A stretch of 32,000 nucleotides of DNA from Pseudomonas aeruginosa (GTDB lineage: Bacteria > Pseudomonadota > Gammaproteobacteria > Pseudomonadales > Pseudomonadaceae), in assembly GCF_001457615.1 (NCBI RefSeq), contig NZ_LN831024.1, positions 810,001-842,000 of the forward strand, written 5' to 3'. Positions 25,946 to 32,000 of this stretch are shown here, one piece after another. The notes beneath the pieces are model-generated. The model made no database searches and was not told where the DNA came from. It saw only the letters and a program-made list of their open reading frames with translations. Each line of letters starts with the position of its first letter. Within the stretch, counting starts at the first letter, position 1. The position numbers and the translations under genes were made by a program.

Positions 25946-26743
25946 ATGACCCATCGCCTGCACGCGGACGCCGTGACCTTGCGCCGCGACGCGCGGACCG
26001 TTTCGCGGAATCTCTCGCTGGCCATCCCCGAGGGTTCGTTCAGTGTGATCGTCGGGCCCAACGCCTGCGGCAAGTCGACCCTGCTGGCGGCATTGTCGCG
26101 CCTGTTGGCGCCGGCCGAGGGCCGGGTGGTGCTGGACGGCAGGGATATCCACAGCCTGCCGGGACGGGAAGTGGCGCGGCGTCTCGGCCTGCTGCCGCAG
26201 AGCGCGCTGGCGCCGGATGGCATCACGGTGGCCGAGCTGGTGGCGCGCGGGCGCTATCCGCACCAGTCGTTCCTGCGCCAGTGGTCGCCGGCGGATGAGC
26301 GCGCGGTAGCGGCGGCGTTACGCGCCACGCGGGTAGACGGCCTGGCCGAGCGACCGCTCGATGCGCTCTCCGGCGGCCAGCGGCAACGCGTGTGGATCGC
26401 CATGGTGCTGGCGCAGGAAACCCCGTTGCTGCTGCTCGACGAGCCAACCACCTACCTGGATATCGTCCACCAGATCGAATTGCTCGAACTGCTCGCCGAG
26501 CTGAATCGCCAGGGGCGCACCATCGTCGCCGTGCTGCACGACCTCAACCAGGCCTGCCGCTATGCCTCGCACCTGATCGCCATGCGTGACGGCGCGATCC
26601 TCGCCGAGGGCGCGCCGGCGCATATCTTCACCGAGCGTCTGGTGGAGGAGGTGTTCGGCTTGCGCTCGTTGATCATCGCCGACCCGGTCAGCGGCACGCC
26701 GCTGCTGGTGCCGCGCGGGATCGCCGCCGACGCGCCGGGCTGA
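25946..26743 (+). CDS. fepC: Ferric-siderophore ABC transporter ATP-binding protein
   Basis: Walker A GPNACGKST, signature LSGGQRQR, Walker B LLLLDEPT and H-loop VLHDLN. Confidence 0.92.
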   Translation: MTHRLHADAVTLRRDARTVSRNLSLAIPEGSFSVIVGPNACGKSTLLAALSRLLAPAEGRVVLDGRDIHSLPGREVARRLGLLPQSALAPDGITVAELVARGRYPHQSFLRQWSPADERAVAAALRATRVDGLAERPLDALSGGQRQRVWIAMVLAQETPLLLLDEPTTYLDIVHQIELLELLAELNRQGRTIVAVLHDLNQACRYASHLIAMRDGAILAEGAPAHIFTERLVEEVFGLRSLIIADPVSGTPLLVPRGIAADAPG

Positions 26744-26749
26744 GGTGGC

Positions 26750-27568
26750 TCAGCGCGGCGGCGGCCGCATGCCGGGGTGGAGTACCAGGCCACCGGTGGA
26801 CTGGTTGACCTGCAGCGCCTCGTGGAACAGCGCGTCGCGGTCTTCCGCCGACTGCAACTGGCCGAGATCGGTCACCGTGGTCATGGCGCAGACGATCTCC
26901 TGCTGGGCGTCGAACACCGGCGCCGCCTGGCCGGTGACATTCGACAGCAGGTGGCTGGTCAGTTCGGCCCAGCAGCGCTCACGCACCTCGTCGAGCAGCG
27001 CGCGGCTCGGCGGGCTGCCGCGGAAGTGCGCCGGTTGCTGCTTGCGCGCGGCGTCGACCACGGCCTTCGGCAGGAAGGCCTGGAACACCAGGCCGCAAGC
27101 GGTATTGTCGATGGGCAGGATATCGCCCAGGGCCAGCGGGTTGATCGAGAAATAGGCGCTGCGGTACCAGCGCACCAGGGTCGGGCCGCGCTCGGTCCAG
27201 ATCGCCACCCCGCCGCTGGCGGCATGCCGTTGGGCCAGGGCCTTCATGTGGCGGGCGGCGATATCCACCGCGTCGATCCGCTTCAGCGCGCCTATGCCGA
27301 TGCTCAGCGCCGCCGGCCCGAGGTCGTAGAGACCGCTGAGCGGGTCCTGGCGGGCCAGGCCTTCCTTCACCAGGCTCTGCAGGTAGCGGTGCGCGGTGGA
27401 GCCGCCGGTGCCGGTGCGCCGGGCCACTTCGCCGAGGGCCAGTTCGCCTTCGGCGTTGGCCAGGGTCTTCAGGAAGCGCGCGGCGATGGACACCGACTGG
27501 ATGGTGCCGGAGCGCTTTTCGCCCGGGGCGTCCGGCATCTCGTCCGCCGGGGGCTGCGAAGTATTCAA
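26750..27568 (-). CDS. fvbR: IclR-family transcriptional regulator
   Basis: The wHTH is LALGEVARRTGTGGSTAHRYLQSLVKEGL, followed by an IclR effector domain. The start is a TTG at 27568 with GAGGAG 9 nt upstream; an alternative ATG is at 27538. The symbol is recalled from the vibriobactin-utilisation literature and is only moderately certain. Confidence 0.85.
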   Translation of the reverse strand: MNTSQPPADEMPDAPGEKRSGTIQSVSIAARFLKTLANAEGELALGEVARRTGTGGSTAHRYLQSLVKEGLARQDPLSGLYDLGPAALSIGIGALKRIDAVDIAARHMKALAQRHAASGGVAIWTERGPTLVRWYRSAYFSINPLALGDILPIDNTACGLVFQAFLPKAVVDAARKQQPAHFRGSPPSRALLDEVRERCWAELTSHLLSNVTGQAAPVFDAQQEIVCAMTTVTDLGQLQSAEDRDALFHEALQVNQSTGGLVLHPGMRPPPR

Positions 27569-27704
27569 CGGCTCGGTCTCCTCACCACGGTTGATCCATA
27601 GGCTTCGGTCCGCGCTGCGGTGGCGCGGGCGGCGCCCATGATACCGATTCCCCGGGGCGGTGGGGCGCCGCGGAAGGGACGGGTGTAGGAGATTTCATAT
27701 TTCG

Positions 27705-27734
27705 CAATGAGGAATCTATTCCCCATTGAGGAAT
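27705..27734. promoter_or_regulatory. Repeat-containing candidate operator upstream of fvbA
   Basis: CAATGAGGAAT (27705-27715) and CATTGAGGAAT (27724-27734) are direct repeats 19 bp apart. GGAAT-CT-ATTCC (27711-27722) forms a small palindrome between them. Further ATTCC copies occur at 27647-27651 and 27773-27777. Confidence 0.35.
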
Positions 27735-27757
27735 GTTCTGGTGGCGTGATAGCCTGA

Positions 27758-29878
27758 ATGGAAAAGAGAGTCATTCCCATTTGGAGAAGATCCTTGAACG
27801 CCCGCACGCACCGCACGCTCAACCGGGGAATCGGCGTCGTCACGCTGTCCACCCTGCTCGCCTCGCCATCGGCACTGGCCCGGGAAAACCCGCCCGCCGA
27901 GGACGAACCCGCCGCCCTCGAGGCGCTGGTCGTGACCGGCGAGAAACGTGAACGCTCGCTGAAGGACACGGCGTCCTCGGTATCGCTCACCAGCGCCCGC
28001 GACATCGACCGCAAGCAGACCGGCAACGCCTCGGTCGCCGAGGTGATCAATGGCAGTCCCAACGTGGTCTACACCGACTCGGTGGGCGCGCCGATCATCC
28101 GCGGCCAGGACACCCAGGGCCCGAACAACGGGCAGAACGTGTTCTGGGGCGGCACAGTGCCGCGGGCGACGATCAACCTCGATGGCCACTACCTGAACTA
28201 CAACGAGATGTTCTTCGGCGCGACCTCGGTCTGGGACGTCGACAGCATCGAGGTGTTCCGCGGCCCGCAGACCACCTCCCAGGGCGCCAACGCCATCGCC
28301 GGGGCGATCATCGTCAACACCAAGGACCCGACCTTCAGCCCCGAGGCTGCCTACCAGGCGGAGATCGGCAGCTACCATTCGCGGCGCAGCTCGATCGCAG
28401 TGTCCGGCCCGCTGGCGCAGGACTTCGCCGGGCGCCTGGCGGTGGACTACGCGGGCCGCGACACCTTCATCGACTACGACAACCCGAAGTTCCAGGACAG
28501 CGGCACCGACCAGGACTTCCGCGCCCTCAACGCGCGCGCCAAGCTGCTCTGGCTGCCCAGCGGAATTCCGGGCCTGGAGAGCAAGTTCACCTTCTCCCAC
28601 AACGACAGCAACCGTCCGACCCAGGAAGCGGCGACCCGCCCGTTCGACAAGCTCGACCATCGCTCGACCACCATGCCCAGCTGGGAGCAGGACACCAACA
28701 CCAGCATCCTCGACGTCGCCTATGACCTCGACAACGGCATCCGCCTGTTCAACCAGGCGCAGTACTCGCTGTCCTCGGTGCACCGCACCACCGGCGCGGG
28801 CGGCGAGGGCGACGCCGACATCCGCCAGAAGAACGCCTCCAACGAATCGCGGATCAGCTTCGGCGAGCAGGAGGACCGGATCAGTGGCATGGGCGGGGTC
28901 TACTACGCCCGCACCCGCACCGACGAGACACTGCACCTGCGCGGGCTGTCGGCCTTCGACGACACGAAGAAGAACCTCGGTGTGTTCGGCGAGCTGAACT
29001 ACCGCCTGAGCGACCGCTGGACCCTGACCACCGGCCTGCGCTACCAGGAGGATCGCATCGAGCGCAGCGGCAACTCGGTGCTGGCGCCGCGTCCGCTGGA
29101 CTACCAGAAGACCTTCTCGGCCTTCCTGCCGAAAGTCTCCCTGGCCTTCGCCGCGACCCCGGACTGGACCGTCGGCGGCCTGGTCAGCCGCGGCTACAAC
29201 CCCGGCGGCGTGTCGCTCAACCTGACCACCCGCAACTGGGCCTACTTCAAGGAAGAAACCATCTGGAACTACGAACTGTTCACCCGCGCCAGCCTGCTCG
29301 ACGGCCGCCTGCTGCTGAACGGCAACCTGTTCTTCATGGATTTCAAGGACGCCCAGTACAACATCCCGGTGGTGGTTTCGCCGGGGGTGGCGCAGTCGTA
29401 CACCATCAACGCCGAGAAGGCCCACGCCTACGGCATGGAGCTGGACCTCGACTATCGCCTGCGCGACGACCTGCGGCTGAAGGCCAGCGCCGGCGTGCTA
29501 CGCACCCGGATCGACGAGATGTCCGGCAATACCGGCTACGAGCACAACGAGTTCGCCCGCTCGCCGGGCTATACCCTCAGCTTCGGACCGAGCTGGGACG
29601 TCACCGAGCGCCTCAACCTGAACGCCCAGGTGCGCTACCTGGACGGCTACTACTCGGACACCGCCAACACCAAGGCCTACTCGATCAAGGCCTACACCCT
29701 CACCGACGCCCGCGCCAGCTACCGCTTCAACGACCAGGTGCAGCTCTATGGCTACGTGAAGAACGTGTTCGACGACCGCTCGCCCACCTACATGCAGGAA
29801 AACCGGGGGATCGGCGGCATCGAGGCGAGCATGACGCAGCCGCGGACCCTCGGCATCGGCATCAAGGGCACCTTCTAG
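27758..29878 (+). CDS. fvbA: TonB-dependent catecholate (vibriobactin-type) siderophore receptor
   Basis: 706 aa with a signal peptide ending SALA. The TonB-box/plug region is ALEALVVTGEKRERSLKDTASSVS and the C-terminal barrel ends GIGIKGTF. An alternative TTG start at 27794 has a better Shine-Dalgarno sequence (GGAG at 27783-27786). There is no N-terminal signalling extension. Confidence 0.9.
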   Translation: MEKRVIPIWRRSLNARTHRTLNRGIGVVTLSTLLASPSALARENPPAEDEPAALEALVVTGEKRERSLKDTASSVSLTSARDIDRKQTGNASVAEVINGSPNVVYTDSVGAPIIRGQDTQGPNNGQNVFWGGTVPRATINLDGHYLNYNEMFFGATSVWDVDSIEVFRGPQTTSQGANAIAGAIIVNTKDPTFSPEAAYQAEIGSYHSRRSSIAVSGPLAQDFAGRLAVDYAGRDTFIDYDNPKFQDSGTDQDFRALNARAKLLWLPSGIPGLESKFTFSHNDSNRPTQEAATRPFDKLDHRSTTMPSWEQDTNTSILDVAYDLDNGIRLFNQAQYSLSSVHRTTGAGGEGDADIRQKNASNESRISFGEQEDRISGMGGVYYARTRTDETLHLRGLSAFDDTKKNLGVFGELNYRLSDRWTLTTGLRYQEDRIERSGNSVLAPRPLDYQKTFSAFLPKVSLAFAATPDWTVGGLVSRGYNPGGVSLNLTTRNWAYFKEETIWNYELFTRASLLDGRLLLNGNLFFMDFKDAQYNIPVVVSPGVAQSYTINAEKAHAYGMELDLDYRLRDDLRLKASAGVLRTRIDEMSGNTGYEHNEFARSPGYTLSFGPSWDVTERLNLNAQVRYLDGYYSDTANTKAYSIKAYTLTDARASYRFNDQVQLYGYVKNVFDDRSPTYMQENRGIGGIEASMTQPRTLGIGIKGTF

Positions 29879-29890
29879 GCGCCCCGAGAA

Positions 29891-29912
29891 GCCGGCCCCG
29901 CGCAGGGCCGGC
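29891..29912 (+). terminator. GC hairpin between fvbA and the monooxygenase gene (possible attenuating or stabilising stem-loop)
   Basis: GCCGGCCC, the loop CGCGCA, then GGGCCGGC, giving a perfect 8-bp stem. It starts 13 nt after the fvbA stop. No U-tract follows. Confidence 0.35.
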
Positions 29913-29945
29913 CCAGCCCCAGAGCCCATACAGGAGATTGGCACG

Positions 29946-31253
29946 ATGAGTACCCCGAAACGCCTGCACATCGGCATGTCGCTGGCCCCCACCTGGCTCA
30001 GCGGCGATGCCTGGCGGCGCCCCGACAGCAATATCGAAGGCATCTTCGGCAGCGATTTCGCCGTCGACATCGCCAGGCGCTCCGAAGCCGCCCACCTCGA
30101 CTTCGTGTTTCGCCCGGACGTCAGCAGCCTGCCACTGGACGTGCTGGAGACCGGCTCCGGCTTCGCCAGCCTGGATCCCACCGTACTGCTTGCCGCGGTC
30201 GCCCGCGAAACCTCGCGGATCGGCCTGGTGTCGACGGTCTCCACCACGTTCTATCCGCCCTACGTGGTGGCCCGGCAGCTGCAATCGCTGCACTGGATCA
30301 GCAACGGCCGCGCCGGCTGGAACATCGTCACCGCGCTGCAGGGCCACGAGAACTTCGGCCTGGACGCGATGCCCGATGCGGAGCAGCGCTACGCGCGCGC
30401 CGCCGAGTTCACCCGGCTGGTGCACGACCTGTGGGACAGCTTCCCCCGCGAGGCACTCCTGGTCGACCGCGAGAGCGGCCGCTACGCCGACGTTTCCCGG
30501 GTGCACCCGGTCGACCACGACGGCGAATTCCTCAAGGTCAAGGGACCGCTCAACCTGCCGGCCTTCGGCGAGGCGCGGATTCCCCTGGTGCAGGCCGGCG
30601 CCTCCGAGAGCGGGCGCGACTTCGCCGCCTCGGTGGCCGACCTGGTGTTCGCGCCGACCCCGGACAAGGAGGCTGCCCTGGAACTGCGCCGCGACCTTTC
30701 CCGCCGCGCCGAACGCCACGGTCGCTCGCCGCGCGACGTGCGCCTGCTGCCGGGCTTCAGCCTGTACCTGGCGGAGAGCCGCGAGGAGGCGCGGGAAATC
30801 TTCATGCAGACCCACGCGCGCCTGGACCGCGCGCGCAAGTTCGCCACGATCAGGCAGATGCTCGGCCTCGACCTCAGCGACTGGCCGCTGGACCGGCCGA
30901 TTTCCGCGGCCGACCTGCCGCCGCCGGTGGCCAACCCCGGCAGCCGCACCCACACCGACCTGCTGCGGCGCCTGATCGAGCGCGAGACGTTACGCCTGGA
31001 CCAGTTGCTGCTGCGCCCCGAGGTGGTTTCCGCGGCGCACTGGCAGGTCATCGGTACGGTGGACGATGCCGTCGAGCAGATCGTCGACTGGGCCGCCGCC
31101 GGCGCCATGGACGGTTTCATCGCCGCGCCGGGAGGCTCGGTCGGCTCGCTGCGGCTGTTCCTCGAACAGGTGGTGCCGCGCCTGGTGGAAAAGGGGCTGT
31201 TCCGCGAGCGCTACAGCGCCACTACCTTCGCCGGGCACCTGGCAGAGGAATGA
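29946..31253 (+). CDS. LLM-class flavin-dependent monooxygenase, NtaA/SnaA/DszA/SoxA subfamily
   Basis: 435 aa with CAGGAG upstream. Family-typical features are HIGMSL ... AHLDFVFRPD ... TVSTTFYPPY ... GRAGWNIVT ... LVQAGASESGRDFAA. Confidence 0.9.
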   Translation: MSTPKRLHIGMSLAPTWLSGDAWRRPDSNIEGIFGSDFAVDIARRSEAAHLDFVFRPDVSSLPLDVLETGSGFASLDPTVLLAAVARETSRIGLVSTVSTTFYPPYVVARQLQSLHWISNGRAGWNIVTALQGHENFGLDAMPDAEQRYARAAEFTRLVHDLWDSFPREALLVDRESGRYADVSRVHPVDHDGEFLKVKGPLNLPAFGEARIPLVQAGASESGRDFAASVADLVFAPTPDKEAALELRRDLSRRAERHGRSPRDVRLLPGFSLYLAESREEAREIFMQTHARLDRARKFATIRQMLGLDLSDWPLDRPISAADLPPPVANPGSRTHTDLLRRLIERETLRLDQLLLRPEVVSAAHWQVIGTVDDAVEQIVDWAAAGAMDGFIAAPGGSVGSLRLFLEQVVPRLVEKGLFRERYSATTFAGHLAEE

Positions 31254-31690
31254 TGGAAAGGGCCGGCGACGGCCGCGTCCTGGCGGCGATGGCGAGCGAG
31301 TGACCGCCTGCGGATTGGCCGCCTGACGGGCCCGCTGTATCGCAGCACGCCATCCGACCGGTGGGACGTGGTACAGGCGAGGGAGCCTCTGCCTTGGCGT
31401 AGATACCGTCGTACCCCGGGGATCATCCGGACAGGTCGCAGCCTGGGCAGCGCTGGCCGTCGGCAGGCCTGGCATTCTGCTGTTACAACCATCCATCCAT
31501 TCCTGCGGAAACGAGTGAACTCAATCGCCCCGAGCGCTGTCTGTCAGCCGTCGGCCCAACCGGGCCGGGCGCATGGCCCTTGGCCATGCGGTAGCCCCGC
31601 CCCGGTCGCGCGCTTGTCCATAACAATTCGACTGGCCGGCTTTTTCGCTCCCCTTTGCGGGTTTCGTTCTCTCGCCATGTGAAGATTGCC

Positions 31691-32000
31691 ATGTCCCTAT
31701 CCCGTCGCATCCCCGCCGCTCTTTCCCCGTTCCAGAACCGCGTCATCGGAGCCTGCCTGCTCGGCGGCCTGCTGGCGGCCGGCGCCCCGGCGCAGGCCGA
31801 GGAGGCGACCGGCAACGCGCGCTGGGTGAGCGACAGCCTGACCACTTTCGTGCGCAGCGGCCCCACCGATGGCTATCGCATCGTCGGCACCCTCACCTCC
31901 GGGCAGAAGGTCGAGCTGCTTGGCACCCAGGGCAACTACAGCCAGGTGCGCGGCGAGAACGGCAGCACCGTGTGGATTCCCAGCCGCGACTTGCAGGAGG
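31691..32000 (+). CDS. Periplasmic bacterial SH3-domain protein (YgiM/TIGR04211-like), truncated at the window end
   Basis: Translated by hand because the track omits it; the frame is open to the window end. It reads MSLSRRIPAALSPFQNRVIGACLLGGLLAAGAPAQA (signal peptide), then RWVSDSLTTFVRSGPTDGYRIVGTLTSGQKVELLG...VWIPSRDLQE, an SH3b-like sequence. Confidence 0.7.
   Translation, partial: MSLSRRIPAALSPFQNRVIGACLLGGLLAAGAPAQAEEATGNARWVSDSLTTFVRSGPTDGYRIVGTLTSGQKVELLGTQGNYSQVRGENGSTVWIPSRDLQE

Noticed and set aside
27701-27720. Fur box upstream of fvbA
   Set aside because: The best ungapped alignment to GATAATGATAATCATTATC is only 10 of 19. I report the repeats as a generic operator candidate instead. 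Fur control may still exist through a degenerate site.
27716-29425. 569-aa minus-strand ORF antisense to fvbA
   Set aside because: It has shadow-frame composition, and the fvbA frame is unambiguous.
31634-31650. Sigma-54 type promoter (TGGCCGGCTTTTTCGC) upstream of the SH3-domain gene
   Set aside because: The GG-N10-GC spacing does not hold. The element reads TTCGC rather than TTGC at the -12 position.
1-32000. Search for a defence system, toxin-antitoxin pair, prophage, integron or secretion-system cargo
   Set aside because: Every gap above 100 bp was inspected. All sizeable ORFs outside the called genes are shadow frames. I found no small adjacent ORF pairs and no nuclease/ATPase/methylase combinations. 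I found no phage, IS or integrase signatures and no compositional island carrying genes.

Overview
The window reads as ordinary high-GC Pseudomonas aeruginosa chromosome, roughly two-thirds G+C by eye. I identified it from the proteins: lysyl endopeptidase/protease IV (Piv/PrpL), parvulin PpiC2, FpvB, FepB-D-G and FepC, FvbA, and an OprD-family porin. It appears collinear with, and inverted relative to, what I recall as PAO1 PA4183 to PA4154. Those locus numbers and gene names come from memory, not from a search. I call 29 complete CDS and one CDS truncated at the window end. I found no tRNA, rRNA, CRISPR, transposase, integrase or phage genes, and no toxin-antitoxin-like or defence-like gene pairs. 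Most long ORFs in the six-frame track are Arg/Pro/Gly/Ala-rich shadow frames of the real genes, which is typical of high-GC DNA. The content falls into three groups. (1) An iron-starvation mosaic: piv with a candidate PvdS box, fpvB, fepBDG/fepC and fvbR-fvbA, with Fur-box-like sites in the AT-rich promoters. (2) A run of reactive-species housekeeping genes: RidA, ExoIII, DJ-1/PfpI, a CPYC flavoprotein and an Rrf2 regulator, plus GFA, VOC and DkgB elsewhere in the window. (3) Assorted regulator/enzyme pairs. The non-genic structure most worth a second look is a 112-bp REP-derived minisatellite filling the gap between the convergent ppiC2 and piv genes, and a 532-bp AT-rich non-coding tract (about 46% G+C) upstream of piv. 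I see no convincing evidence of a wholly new system. The best candidates for undescribed biology are three hypotheses. First, a xenosiderophore-processing role for the monooxygenase next to fvbA and for the amidase/GGCT/SDR genes next to the fep genes. Second, an Rrf2-controlled damage-repair operon. Third, the orphan signalling domain of FpvB. All three are inference.
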